From NCBI GenBank assembly GCA_963806535.1, contig CAWDYC010000003.1, forward strand, positions 1 through 64,000: DNA of 64,000 bases. The letters are read 5' to 3'. The first letter of the stretch is position 1. Every line of letters starts with the position of its first letter. Position numbers and translations under genes: made by a program. The notes under the pieces were generated by a model. It had not been told where the DNA came from, searched no databases, and saw only the letters and a program-made list of their open reading frames with translations. This document shows positions 1 to 10,303 of the stretch, in pieces. The DNA is from Candidatus Bathyarchaeota archaeon (GTDB lineage Archaea; Thermoproteota; Bathyarchaeia; Bathyarchaeales; Bathycorpusculaceae).

Positions 1-111
1 AAATTAAAATCTGAGTTTGGCAAATATAGTGAATAGTTAATTTTAATTAATTGCTTAACTATTGCAAAAATAAAAAATTAAGCTAAAAAAAGCATTAGTA
101 TAAACATAAGC

Positions 112-326
112 GCATTGAGTATAAGCATGAGAAAAGAGGTAAATGAAAATGTGTCAATTAAGAGCAGGTTTAGTTAAAAACTGCCGCAGGTGCAAATCGT
201 CTATTCGACTTAATTGCCCGATTAGAAAGAAAGTGAAAAAGAAAACCTACATAGACACCAAGAAGAAGGGCGAAAGTTAATAACAACTAAGAAGAGTGAA
301 GCCAAATAACAACCGAGAAAAAATTG
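112..326 (+). repeat. Left arm of ~215-bp inverted repeat (partner 3931-4146)
   Basis: Read directly: gcattgagtataagcatg...gccaaataacaaccgagaaaaaattg is the near-exact reverse complement of 3931-4146, with a few substitutions. Confidence 0.9.
143..280 (+). CDS. Small basic Cys-rich peptide (45 aa, MKMCQLRAGLVKNCRRCKSSIRLNCPIRKKV...), copy 1
   Basis: Manual translation; GAGGT RBS-like motif at 136-140; the ORF is also open in the inverted copy. Confidence 0.5.
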   Translation: MKMCQLRAGLVKNCRRCKSSIRLNCPIRKKVKKKTYIDTKKKGES

Positions 327-498
327 GATTAAGCTAATCAGCGTGTGCGCTGAAAAATAGCTTCACTTTCAGAAAATTGCCAAGTTTATATCTAAGAAAG
401 TGTCCTGACACCCTTACCGAATCACAATATGTTCTAATGATGTTGAGAGAACGGATTTAGTGCTTTTATCAGAAATATGTTTAATGGAGCGTTAAAGA

Positions 499-2667
499 TT
501 GAGCGAAGTTCAGCTGAAAGTTCTGGATTCCAGACAGACAGATGTGGCAAGAGGAATCGCTAGAATAGACCCGAGAACAATGCAAAAGTTGGGGGTTTCA
601 TCTGGAGACATAATAGAGTTCTCAGGGAAGAAAAAAACGTCTGCGATCGCTTGGCCAGCGTACTCTGAAGACCAGGATCCAGACGTTATGCGAATCGATG
701 GGGTCTTACGTAAAAATGCTGACGTATCAATAAACGATTACGTTGTAGTTCGCAAGGCTGAAGTTAAAAATGCCCTGAGCATAGTGCTTGCTCCAGTAGA
801 AATGCGATTGAACGTTGACGAAGACTTCGCAAATTTTGTGAAGAACAGACTTATCGATAGGACGTTTGTTGAGGGAGACACGACGTCCGTTATGATGCTT
901 GGTCATTCTGTTCAGTTCACTGTTACGAAAACGCAGCCCCAAGGAATAGTAAAGATGACCCACGATACTACATTGAAGATATTGACTGAACCTGCGGCGG
1001 AAACTAAAGGTGTACCACGTATCACCTATGAGGATTTAGGAGGCTTGGAGGAGGAGATTCAACGCATAAGGGAGATGGTTGAACTTCCAATGCGGCATCC
1101 TGAGATTTTTCAGACGCTTGGAATAGATCCTCCGAAAGGGGTTTTACTGCTCGGTCCACCCGGCTGCGGAAAGACACTCCTAGCTAGAGCAGTAGCGAAT
1201 GAGTCTGACGCAAACTTCTTCTCAATAAACGGGCCTGAGATAATAAGTAAGTTCTATGGGGAGTCGGAGGCGAAGCTTCGAGAAATATTTGAACAGGCTC
1301 ATAAAAGCGCTCCGAGCATCATACTTATAGACGAGTTGGACTCCATCGCGCCCAAACGTGAGGAGGTTACTGGTGAAGTGGAGAAACGGGTTGTCGCGCA
1401 GCTTCTATCTCTCATGGACGGATTGACTGGTAGAGGAAATGTCATAGTAATAGGTGCAACCAACAGGCCGAATGCCTTGGATCCAGCTCTCAGGAGGCCT
1501 GGAAGGTTTGACCGCGAGATAGAGATAGGGCCCCCAGACAAGCGGGGGCGTCATGAAATATTGTTGATTCATAGCAGAGGTATGCCCTTAGCCCGTGATG
1601 TTGACTTAAAGATGGTCGCTGAGCGGACGCACGGTTACACGGGTGCTGACTTGGCCGCCCTGTGTAGGGAGGCAGCTATGAAAGCTCTACTTAGGTATCT
1701 TCCCGAGATAAATCTGAAGGAAGAGCGAATACCTCCATGCGTCCTGGAGAAGATGGAGGTTCAGATAGATGATTTCATGAACGCCTTCAAGGAGATTACC
1801 CCTACAGCTATGAGAGAGATTGCTGTGGAAGTTCCAGTTGTTCATTGGGATGAAGTGGGAGGCTTGGAGGAGGTTAAAGAAAAGTTAAAGGAGGCTGTTG
1901 AGTGGCCGCTGAAAAATCCTGAAGTCTTCAAAAGATTTGGGATTCAGCCGCCTAAAGGTATAATGTTAATAGGCCCGCCTGGGTGTGGGAAGACAATGCT
2001 AGCTAGGGCTGTTGCAACTGAAAGCGAGGCAAACTTCATTTCGATTAAGAGTCCAGAGGTTTTCTCTAAGTGGGTTGGCGAATCTGAAAAGGCTATTCGA
2101 GAGATCTTCAGGAAGGCTAGAATGGCTTCGCCAGCGGTCATATTTTTCGATGAGGTTGACTCTCTTGCTCCAAGGAGGGGGCAGGGTGACGGCGACAGCG
2201 GAGTAACTGAACGTGTTATCAGCCAGCTTTTAACAGAAATGGATGGAATAATGCCCTTAGAAAACATCGTAGTTATAGCTGCGACAAATAGGCCCGATAT
2301 TGTCGACTCAGCGGTATTAAGGCCAGGCAGATTCGATCGGCTAATTTATGTTCCAGAACCCGACGAAGCGGCCAGGCTTGAAATCTTCAAGATTCATACG
2401 AAGAACATGCCACTCTCAAATGATGTTGACATCAAGACGCATCGCATGACGAAAGGTTACTCCGGCGCCGATATATCATCCGTATGCAGGGAAGCCGCCA
2501 TGAACGCTTTGAGAAGAGACATCAACGCAAAAGAGGTTACCTTCAGCGATTTTGAGAAAGCTATGGAGGAGGTTCCGCCGAGCATATCGCCAGAAATTGA
2601 GAATTGGTACAGGAGCTTTATGAATCAGGTTCGAAGGCTGCAGAAGCCTGCGCCGTTTGTAGTGTAA
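499..2667 (+). CDS. cdc48: Cdc48/VAT family AAA+ ATPase
   Basis: N-domain plus two AAA modules (GPPGCGKT twice, Walker B IDELD/FDEVD, RPGRFDR). Confidence 0.97.
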   Translation: MSEVQLKVLDSRQTDVARGIARIDPRTMQKLGVSSGDIIEFSGKKKTSAIAWPAYSEDQDPDVMRIDGVLRKNADVSINDYVVVRKAEVKNALSIVLAPVEMRLNVDEDFANFVKNRLIDRTFVEGDTTSVMMLGHSVQFTVTKTQPQGIVKMTHDTTLKILTEPAAETKGVPRITYEDLGGLEEEIQRIREMVELPMRHPEIFQTLGIDPPKGVLLLGPPGCGKTLLARAVANESDANFFSINGPEIISKFYGESEAKLREIFEQAHKSAPSIILIDELDSIAPKREEVTGEVEKRVVAQLLSLMDGLTGRGNVIVIGATNRPNALDPALRRPGRFDREIEIGPPDKRGRHEILLIHSRGMPLARDVDLKMVAERTHGYTGADLAALCREAAMKALLRYLPEINLKEERIPPCVLEKMEVQIDDFMNAFKEITPTAMREIAVEVPVVHWDEVGGLEEVKEKLKEAVEWPLKNPEVFKRFGIQPPKGIMLIGPPGCGKTMLARAVATESEANFISIKSPEVFSKWVGESEKAIREIFRKARMASPAVIFFDEVDSLAPRRGQGDGDSGVTERVISQLLTEMDGIMPLENIVVIAATNRPDIVDSAVLRPGRFDRLIYVPEPDEAARLEIFKIHTKNMPLSNDVDIKTHRMTKGYSGADISSVCREAAMNALRRDINAKEVTFSDFEKAMEEVPPSISPEIENWYRSFMNQVRRLQKPAPFVV

Positions 2668-2681
2668 TTCCGGAAGGGACA

Positions 2682-2985
2682 GTTGACACTTTCCCGACTA
2701 AAGTCGGGAGATTCTTGCTTCCTCGACTAAAACTTGCTCTCGTTCGCTGACGAGAGTAGAGGTTTTAATTTCTGCAAGTGTTCTCGCACCCCTATCAGGA
2801 GCGGATGGTTCGGGTGTGCCCCACCCTACCACACTTAAATCTCGATGCTTAATGTTCTTTGCAGAATTATAGTCTCGTGGCATAACAACCCTTCAGAAAG
2901 GACACTTATGCGTTCTCTCCGAAAGCGTTTTCCACACCATTTCGCCACATACGCTGCACTCTTGCGACGTAGAGTTAGGCGCGCG
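2682..2985 (-). mobile_element. tnpB: IS200/IS605 remnant: TnpB C-terminal fragment plus right end/omegaRNA region
   Basis: Minus strand reads STSQECSVCGEMVWKTLSERTHKCPF*RVVMPRDYNSAKNI (TnpB Zn finger + RuvC-III RDxN motif, with an internal stop). Subterminal hairpin tcccgac-taaa-gtcggga at 2692-2709; minus strand ends in TCAAC at 2686-2682. Confidence 0.85.
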
Positions 2986-3087
2986 CTTAGAATAAATAAA
3001 AAACTTTGTTTTGCTTAGAACTGAGATAATAAACGTTAATTTTCAGAGCCAACGCTACTTAATCGATAGTATTAGATTTGAAGCTCA

Positions 3088-3294
3088 TCATCTGCAGAAG
3101 TATTCTAGTGGAACATACCAATAGACCGTGAATGTTTTTTTGCAATCTTGGTTTTTACACCTTACTCTCTTTTGAATGATTTTGCCATGGGAACTTTTTT
3201 GTGTTGGCTTTGCCGATGAGAATGCTGAGTGGAGTTTATCAGGCGCTTCGACTTCAAGGATTTCATTGCAGGATGGGCATTCAAGAACAGCCAT
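3088..3294 (-). CDS. Small Zn-ribbon protein (CPSC...CKNQDC)
   Basis: ORF track; two Cys pairs. Confidence 0.65.
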   Translation of the reverse strand: MAVLECPSCNEILEVEAPDKLHSAFSSAKPTQKSSHGKIIQKRVRCKNQDCKKTFTVYWYVPLEYFCR

Positions 3295-3567
3295 AATGCA
3301 ACATCTGTATCATTAATACGCTGAACTTTATTATAAATCCTGATGTTCTCGGAGGAATGTATTTTCGTTTGTTTTGGTTCTTGTTTCTGAGCCAGAAAGC
3401 GCCTGTTCCAACGTGTTTATGCGTCTTTCCAAGGATTTGAGTGCTTTTTGGCTATTTCTATGCTGTGCAGATTAAAGACTTTTTAATTAGGCAAAAACTA
3501 AAAACGTACAAGAGACAGGAGCTATACTTGCTTAAAAAAGAAACAATTTTGATGCAAAGTTCTTACA

Positions 3568-3759
3568 TCATCTTGCAAGAACTCTCTTTACAACTGGCGG
3601 TTTCGTCTTCTTTAAAACTCTGTATCCACATACGATACATTTGATTAAACCGTTTCTCTCCTCTATGTTCTCGCCCATCGTGGTTGCTCCGCACCGAAGA
3701 CACTCGTAAGTTTGATTGCTTCCCCAATTGCTACGTGGACCCCTAGTAGATTCGAACAT
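3568..3759 (-). CDS. rpo12: DNA-directed RNA polymerase subunit P (Rpo12)-like, copy 1
   Basis: YECLRCG...IKCIVCGYRVLKKTKPPVVKRVLAR matches the Rpo12/RPB12 Zn-ribbon signature. Confidence 0.85.
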   Translation of the reverse strand: MFESTRGPRSNWGSNQTYECLRCGATTMGENIEERNGLIKCIVCGYRVLKKTKPPVVKRVLAR

Positions 3760-3798
3760 GTAAAAATTTCCATTTTTTTCATATCATTACTTTAGCAA

Positions 3799-3933
3799 TT
3801 ATTTACAATACTTCTTATGCCTACCTTTTTTGTACCTCCCCATGCCACAATCAAGGCACTTAACGACATCTTCATCTTCTTCAAGGCGAGTGCTACCACA
3901 GTAAGGACACCTTGGACATAAAACGTTATTCAA
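3799..3933 (-). CDS. Small Zn-ribbon protein (44 aa, LNNVLCPRCPYCGSTRLEEDEDVVKCLDCG...), copy 1
   Basis: Manual translation from a TTG start; CxxC...CxxC; conserved in the duplicate copy. Confidence 0.6.
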   Translation of the reverse strand: MNNVLCPRCPYCGSTRLEEDEDVVKCLDCGMGRYKKGRHKKYCK

Positions 3934-4146
3934 GTTTTTCTCTGTTGTTATTTGGCTTCACTCTTCTTAGTTGTTATTTAGTTTCGCCCTTCTTCTTGGT
4001 GTCTATGTAGGTTTTCTTTTTCACTTTCTTTCTAATCGGGCAATTAAGTCGAATAGACGATTTGCACCTGCGGCAGTTCTTAACTAAACCTGCTCTATAT
4101 TGACACATTTTCATTTACCTCTTTTCTACATGCTTATACTCAATGC
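3931..4146 (-). repeat. Right arm of ~215-bp inverted repeat (partner 112-326)
   Basis: Reverse complement of 112-326. Confidence 0.9.
3974..4114 (-). CDS. Small basic Cys-rich peptide, copy 2 (MKMCQYRAGLVKNCRRCK...GETK)
   Basis: Manual translation; nearly identical to 143-280. Confidence 0.5.
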   Translation of the reverse strand: MKMCQYRAGLVKNCRRCKSSIRLNCPIRKKVKKKTYIDTKKKGETK

Positions 4147-4426
4147 TTTTTTTAGCTATGAAGCATTTGTATTCTGGATAGTGACCATTCTGCATCTTCG
4201 GGTTAACTGAACAAGTCTTAAAAGTGTGGCAGTTAGGACATATTCGTTTTACCATTTTTTTCACCTGCCTACCTTTTCATCTAAAATTTAATGAGTTGCT
4301 TAAATTTTCTTGGAAAATGAAGGCTTCACATTGATCTTTTAGTCTTTTCACACTATTATTTTTTGCCTTAGTGGGTCCTGTAAAGTCTCCGTCTGTTCCT
4401 TTTTTCTGTCAAAAATCGTCTGTTAT

Positions 4427-4860
4427 TCAAGTTCTTGTTTCTAAAAACTCATCCCATTTCGTTATACAAACAGAAGCTAAACTAAGAGGGTCATAATCAA
4501 TTCCGTCAATACAGAAAATATACTTCATTTTCTTGATTTTATTTTGTTCTATTGATTGAAAAATTGGCTCAATTGCAATGCTGCTTTTGCTTTGGGAATT
4601 TTTTAAGTTAAAGTGTTTTGTTCCATTACAAATATCAGCACAAATTTTCATACAATCATTATCATCTATGAATTTCTTAATTTCTGAAGACGTTCTTATT
4701 TTGTCCGTTAATACCCAATCTTTAAGATGATAGCAACTTTGGAAAGGCATAAACCACATCTAAATAATCAATAGGAAGTTTAGCATCAGTTTCATTACTA
4801 TGTAGCTTTTCTAACATTAAATGCCAACGTCTCATCCTATGGTATTGGCTTCTCCAATTT
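4427..4860 (-). CDS. Hypothetical protein, possibly HEPN-like (frameshift near 4745)
   Basis: Upstream frame NWRSQYHRMRRW...LDVVYAF joins FQSCYHLKDW...CADICNGTKH. Confidence 0.5.
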
Positions 4861-5019
4861 CTATGAAAAGGCGACTGATTAAAAGACAATTCTTACCATC
4901 CCTACGGCTTATTCATTGATTCTTGGTAAGAATTTATTGGTTGTCAGATGCCAAACTCTTACCCATTTTTAAAACCTATCCCCAACGCTTCAACACACTC
5001 TTGACGCATCATCCTCCTT

Positions 5020-6198
5020 CTATAGAGCCTTAAATGCTTCAAACCATCTGTCGTAAAGCGCCAGCATTTCAAGGGATACACTGGGCTTTCTTTCCTCGAG
5101 TATCTGCCTGAAATCCTCCATCGTCAACGGTCGTGGCTTGACCTTTCTGTCGCTTGCCTTACCTGACTCAAAGAATTCGCCAATGAGTTTCAGCTGTGCC
5201 GACTGGTTGAAATCTCTTATGTCGCTTCCTGAGAATCCCTCTGAGAGTCTCGCGAGCTCCTGCAGCTCGACATCTGGTGCAAGTTGAAGACCGGCAGTGT
5301 AGAGCTTGAACATCATCAATCGTGTATGGCGGTCAGGCAGTGGGACCAGAATTCTTTTCTGAAATCTTCTTATGAAAGCCCAATCCAAATCCCAAGGCTT
5401 GTTAGTCGCTCCAATCACGTACACGTGAAGGTTCTTGCCTTTGTCTACGATACCGTCCATCTCTTTCAAGAACTGGTTGCGAACACGGATTTCACCACCT
5501 ACTTCATTTGCGTGTTTTCCCATCAAAGAATCAAGCTCATCGACGAAGACTATTGCAGGCTTTCCTTCCAACGATGATTTTCTTACTTGACCAAATAGAC
5601 GTGCGACATTCTGTTCAGCTTCACCCAGCCATTTTGACATTATCGAAGCCGCGTCAATTGAGACGAAAGTAGCATCTATTTCCGTAGCGACGGCTGCTGC
5701 CAGCAATGTTTTCCCGCAACCTGGCGGCCCGAAGAACAATATTCCCCGTGGCCATCCTAATGGAAACAGGTCGGGTCTCTGAACAGGATAGATTATTGCC
5801 TCCTTCACCGCCTTCTTTGCGGATGCCAGTCCAACGACTTCCTCCCATTTCACATTGAGCTTCTCTGTGACTAACAGTTCTTCGTAACTGGACTTGCCGC
5901 CTGCACTCTTTTTGGTTTCACCCTCACTCCCGCCGTTTCTAACTTCTGCGTGAGGTTGTTCACGCAGTACACCTACGGCGCCTTGTATCGCCTTTATGCG
6001 TTCTTGGTAGGCAATCGCTTTTTGAACGTATACTTTGTTCAAGCCGTATTCAGGATAGAGTTTAACAAGTTGCAGTAGGCTTTCTATGGATTTCTGGTAC
6101 ATGGTTATTGCCATGCCCCTTGAGCCTTGCGTGTCCAAGCGCACTGCTTCCAATGCGTAGTTGGTTGCATTCTTCTCAAGTTCTTGGGAAGCACTCAT
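5020..6198 (-). CDS. cdvC: Vps4/CdvC-type AAA ATPase with N-terminal MIT domain
   Basis: MIT helix bundle (ALEAVRLD...YQERIKAI), [28 protein letters not shown]. Confidence 0.9.
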   Translation of the reverse strand: MSASQELEKNATNYALEAVRLDTQGSRGMAITMYQKSIESLLQLVKLYPEYGLNKVYVQKAIAYQERIKAIQGAVGVLREQPHAEVRNGGSEGETKKSAGGKSSYEELLVTEKLNVKWEEVVGLASAKKAVKEAIIYPVQRPDLFPLGWPRGILFFGPPGCGKTLLAAAVATEIDATFVSIDAASIMSKWLGEAEQNVARLFGQVRKSSLEGKPAIVFVDELDSLMGKHANEVGGEIRVRNQFLKEMDGIVDKGKNLHVYVIGATNKPWDLDWAFIRRFQKRILVPLPDRHTRLMMFKLYTAGLQLAPDVELQELARLSEGFSGSDIRDFNQSAQLKLIGEFFESGKASDRKVKPRPLTMEDFRQILEERKPSVSLEMLALYDRWFEAFKAL

Positions 6199-6435
6199 AA
6201 CCTCTATTCCCCCATCTGTAATTCAACTTTTATTTTTCCTTTTGACCCTAAATTTTCAAGGTGCGGACAGATTAAATAATTGTTTTAATGGGAGAGCCTA
6301 TTCCCCTCTTATGGGTATAGAATGAAGAGATCAGGTTCGCCCATGCTTCTATTCGAGAACTCGGATTTAACCTCTATCTGCTCCATCCTCTGGAAAACAA
6401 AGAAGGGGTTGATGTGCTGCCATTTTCAAGTAATC

Positions 6436-6606
6436 TTAGATCTTCTTTTTGCTTAGCGTGGTGCGGAAAGTTTTTTTGCATTTTGTGCAGTCAAAAAGTC
6501 CAATTTCCAACTGGGTTTTCTTTCCTGTTTTGTCGGCTTTGCCTGCCATAACCCATTTCTTCCTCGGTGAAGCGGCTTCTGTTCCGCATGTTTTACATTT
6601 TGCCAT
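6436..6606 (-). CDS. cren7: Cren7-like chromatin protein (56 aa)
   Basis: Manual translation MAKCKTCGTEAASPRKKWVMAGKADKTGKKTQLEIGLFDCTKCKKTFRTTLSKKKI; the KxW...IGLF...FR pattern is typical of Cren7; GGAGG RBS upstream; missing from the ORF track because of its size. Confidence 0.8.
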   Translation of the reverse strand: MAKCKTCGTEAASPRKKWVMAGKADKTGKKTQLEIGLFDCTKCKKTFRTTLSKKKI

Positions 6607-6861
6607 GAATTCGCCTCCATAAATGTGATAGTAGATTGACGAGTAGAACCATGAATAAAACTATTTGCTTAACAATCGATTATGAATAGAGGCGGAGGGC
6701 AGGGATAGACATTTCCTTCTTTGATATGTTACAACATCTGGAAACGTTGAGAGAAACTGAAAAGAAGATATAAAATAATTTGAACAAGAAATGTCTATGA
6801 ATTACATCAATGTATTGCGACCAGAAAGTAGCAAGTTTTATCTTTGTTTCGATTAACATAA

Positions 6862-7821
6862 ATGCCAGTGCTTGCCCCGATGATACTTCCTGATATTCAA
6901 AAAGAGAAAAAACCACAAGTTGAATGCCCCATACAGATGGTTGGAATAACGGGAGAAAAGCGTCTCGTCCATTTCAATAGTAAATATCAATCCAAGATTG
7001 GCGAAAATCCAGATTTCGAAATGTATTGCGATATCTCGGTTTTTACAGACTTATCTTCACATACTAAAGGAACACATATGTCCCGACTGGTTGAGGTTAT
7101 TGGAAAACACATCCAAGAAACCCACTCCTCAATAGAGGGGTTCGCGCAAGATTTAGCAAAGTCTACATTTAGCAGCTTGTATGATATTGGACTTACTCAA
7201 ACAATCGTTAAGGTTTCTGGGGACTTGACAGTCGAAAAATACACACCGGCAAGTCATTTGCCATCGCAAGAGACGCTTAGAGTATATACTGAAGTCATTT
7301 TCAATGGAAAAGATTCGAAATGCGAAATAGGGGTAACTGTTCCAGTGTTGCTTGTTTGCCCATGCGCTCAAGAGCTTGTCAAGCAACGCGTTAAAGAAAC
7401 GCTTTTGAATGAGAAAATTGATCAAAACCTTGTAAATAGGATATGTGAATTAGTTCCAATGGCATCTCACAATCAAAGAGGCTATGCATCAGTTTTTATT
7501 GAACTCCCTCCGGGAGCTGCAGTAGATTTTAGAGAAATAGCCAAAATAGTTCACGGAAGACTGAACCAAATATATAGCGTTTTAAAAAGAGAAGATGAAT
7601 TAGAAGTCGTTTATCAGGCTCACCTCAATCCAACCTTTGTTGAAGATGCATGCCGAGAACTGGCGAAAGGGGTTTACGATGCTTTTTTTGAAAGGCTAAA
7701 TCCAGAATCAAAAATGAGGATAGTTTTGGTCAGCAAAGAAAGCATTCATCAGCATGATGCCTTCGCCCAAATTGAAGTTTCATTTGAACAATTTAGAAAT
7801 CTTTTAAATTCTAAAAGTTAA
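6862..7821 (+). CDS. mptA: GTP cyclohydrolase MptA/FolE2 family
   Basis: PDIQ, KGTHMSR, CPC, SHNQRG, FVED, ESIHQH motifs. Confidence 0.9.
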   Translation: MPVLAPMILPDIQKEKKPQVECPIQMVGITGEKRLVHFNSKYQSKIGENPDFEMYCDISVFTDLSSHTKGTHMSRLVEVIGKHIQETHSSIEGFAQDLAKSTFSSLYDIGLTQTIVKVSGDLTVEKYTPASHLPSQETLRVYTEVIFNGKDSKCEIGVTVPVLLVCPCAQELVKQRVKETLLNEKIDQNLVNRICELVPMASHNQRGYASVFIELPPGAAVDFREIAKIVHGRLNQIYSVLKREDELEVVYQAHLNPTFVEDACRELAKGVYDAFFERLNPESKMRIVLVSKESIHQHDAFAQIEVSFEQFRNLLNSKS

Positions 7822-7941
7822 GCGCCTATTTGCTTGAGAAAGACTATTAGATTTTGTTTTGGGGTAACTCCACAATGAAGTCATGCCAACTTTTTTCTCC
7901 TAACAATTTACAGAGGGTGAACTTAGGCACCTAGCGTTAGG

Positions 7942-8560
7942 TTAAACTACGTTCTGTGGGTTACCTGAAACGAAAGCAGCTACGTTTTCTACTGTTGTTT
8001 CAAGTATTCTTTCCATGGCTTCTTTGCTGTAGAAAGCTATGTGAGGAGTAAAAACGACATTTTCTTTGCTCAGAAGAATGTGATCTTTAACTAAGTTTGC
8101 TAAGACTTCGAGGTTCTTAGGGTCGTATAACAGTTGTTTTTCCTCCTTTATTACTTCCTGACCTTCAAAGACGTCTAGCCCAGCACCGGACAAGATTTTC
8201 TTGTCAAGTGCCTCGATTAATGCTTCAGTGTCAACGATGCTTCCTCGTGCAGTGTTTATCAGAATAGCGCCTTTCTTTACAAGCTTGAGTGTATCTTTGT
8301 TCATGGGAGATGATGCGTGGCTTTAATGTAGGGTACGTGAAGCGTAATTACGTCTGATCTAGCTAATAGTTCCTCTAGCGGAACATATTCAAACTCTAAG
8401 ACCTCGGATAGGAGTCTGTTTTGTTGGACAGCATAAGCAACAACGTTCATGCCGAAACCTTTTGCAATCCTGATGACGTGCAAGCCGATTTGGCCAGTTC
8501 CGATGACGCCTATGGTTTTTCCTTTCAAGTCAAACCCCTCTAACCCATCTATTAAGAAAT
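7942..8560 (-). pseudogene. N-terminally truncated, frameshifted D-isomer 2-hydroxyacid (D-lactate) dehydrogenase
   Basis: GVIGTGQIG, LHVP, INTARG, LDV, TPHIAF split over two frames at ~8303; substrate-binding N-domain absent. Confidence 0.85.
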
Positions 8561-8705
8561 CTTGTTCAAAACGTCTAAGGCAGGTCTTGCAGATGTTATC
8601 TCGACAAGACCCATAAATGCGCGCATCAGAGGCAAGTCTACAAAGGTTCAAACAAAAAGTTCATTTGTGTCAACCACTAGCTTGAATCGAAGTTGGTTTG
8701 CAGCC

Positions 8706-9482
8706 ATGAATGTCGAAATCAAAATGCTAAAGGAGTTTGCGCCCAGCCAATTAATTCTCATATGCGGATTGCCTGGAACAGCTTACATTGGAAAACTTTC
8801 TGTTGACTACCTTATCCAGCAACTCAAAGCTGAACTGATCGGGGAAGTCTACTCAAAGTATTTTCCACCCTTTGTCGTTATTAACGAGGACGGACTTGTT
8901 GAGCTTCTTCGAAATGAGCTCCACCAATTCAAAGATGAATCTGGACGAACCATAGTTTTTCTCTCTGGTAACTCGCAGGCTTATTCACCTGAGGGCCAAT
9001 ACGAGATAGCTGATGCAGTTTTGGAGTGGGCAATCAACAATGGCGTACAAAGAGTATATTCCGTTGCGGCCTACGTAACGGAGAGACAATTTGAGGCGCC
9101 CAACGTCTATTCCACTACGACAACATTAGGTTTGCGTGAAGAAGCTAAGGTACATGGCGCTCAATTTCTGGATAATGGCGTTATCGGTGGCGAAAACGGC
9201 ATAATAACGGGTCTCGCCAAAAAGAGAAACGTGGAAGGCGTGTGTTTGCTTGCGGAAACTCATGGGTACCAGACTCCAACTGGAGAATATGTTATAGATC
9301 CACGGGCAGCGAAGGCGACTTTGAAAGTGCTAACTTCAATGTTGAATTTGAAAGTAGACATGGAGCCTATGGAAAAACAGGTGGTACAGATGGATGAGGC
9401 AATTGTTAAATTGGTCGAAATTGAGCGTCGAATACGAGAAGAAATGGCTGTTTCAGGTAAGAAGCCCGCCTACGTCACTTAA
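8706..9482 (+). CDS. PAC2 family proteasome assembly chaperone
   Basis: GLPGTAYIGKL, CLLAET...DPRAA motifs; start reassigned to the ATG at 8706. Confidence 0.85.
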   Translation: MNVEIKMLKEFAPSQLILICGLPGTAYIGKLSVDYLIQQLKAELIGEVYSKYFPPFVVINEDGLVELLRNELHQFKDESGRTIVFLSGNSQAYSPEGQYEIADAVLEWAINNGVQRVYSVAAYVTERQFEAPNVYSTTTTLGLREEAKVHGAQFLDNGVIGGENGIITGLAKKRNVEGVCLLAETHGYQTPTGEYVIDPRAAKATLKVLTSMLNLKVDMEPMEKQVVQMDEAIVKLVEIERRIREEMAVSGKKPAYVT

Positions 9483-9494
9483 ACTGAGGATAAA

Positions 9495-10178
9495 TTGATG
9501 GAAAAGGAAACGTGGATAGAACGTCGCGGCAACACTGAACTCATAGAACCCGTAGCTGTAGTTGGGTCGCCTGGGTTAAGGTCTATAGGTAAACTCGTTA
9601 TGGGCAGTCTTATAGCCAAAACCAAGGCAACGATAATTGCAGACTTGTATTCTACGCACATGCCTTCAATCTATGAAACCAAACCCTCCTACGCCGCTCA
9701 TCCAAGATTGCCTGGCACGGGAGGAGTTATCGTTGAATCAGGCGAAGCAGACTTTCCTAAAGTTCAGTTCTACGCTTGCTCCACTCCTTCTTTAATCATT
9801 ACAAAAGGATATCATTCAAATTTTGAAGGCCAATATGACGTTGCGATAAAAGTCTTAGATTTTCTAGCTGAAAACCACGTCAGGCGAATAATAGTCGTTG
9901 CAGGTTACGGTTCAAAAGACAAGAAAATATGCTGCGCCGCTACCAGCAAAGAATTACTCGCTGAGATGAAAGAAAAATATAGCATCGACATAGGATACAA
10001 AGGGCCCTTCATGGGTTTCTCAGGGTTGGTATTTGGTTTGTCAAAGCGGAAGGGCATAGAGGCACTATGCCTTTTTGCTGGCACCGAGCCAAAGGAAGAT
10101 GACCTTGAGTTTCCAGACAAAGAAGCATCAGACAGAGCTTTGGATACGCTCAATAAGATACTTGGCTTTCACGAATAA
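9495..10178 (+). CDS. PAC2 family protein (second paralogue)
   Basis: GSPGLRSIGKL, GFSGLV, CLFAGT...PD motifs. Confidence 0.8.
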   Translation: MMEKETWIERRGNTELIEPVAVVGSPGLRSIGKLVMGSLIAKTKATIIADLYSTHMPSIYETKPSYAAHPRLPGTGGVIVESGEADFPKVQFYACSTPSLIITKGYHSNFEGQYDVAIKVLDFLAENHVRRIIVVAGYGSKDKKICCAATSKELLAEMKEKYSIDIGYKGPFMGFSGLVFGLSKRKGIEALCLFAGTEPKEDDLEFPDKEASDRALDTLNKILGFHE

Positions 10179-10303
10179 GGTGATAGCGTCGATTACGTAA
10201 GTTAGCTTAATTCTTTTAAGCATGTGTTGTAGTTAATTCGCAATCACAAACGATTAAACACTTTTGCAGCGTTGTATAAGGACGAAGAGGAGTTTAACTT
10301 TAG

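Larger units (their letters stand above)
3500..3940. repeat. Direct repeat copy 1 (~440 bp; partner 11123-11563)
   Basis: Sequence matches at offset 7623, with a few substitutions. Confidence 0.95.

Noticed and set aside
727-2267. Antisense and alternate-frame ORFs inside cdc48 (and similar shadow ORFs inside other long genes)
   Set aside because: They fully overlap well-supported genes and have no motifs
2698-2883. 61-aa ORF MPRDYNSAKNI as an independent gene
   Set aside because: It is the tail of the broken tnpB reading into the element's right end
8562-8705. Long N-terminal extension of the PAC2 ORF overlapping the dehydrogenase fragment
   Set aside because: Family similarity starts at the ATG at 8706; the extension comes from longest-ORF calling
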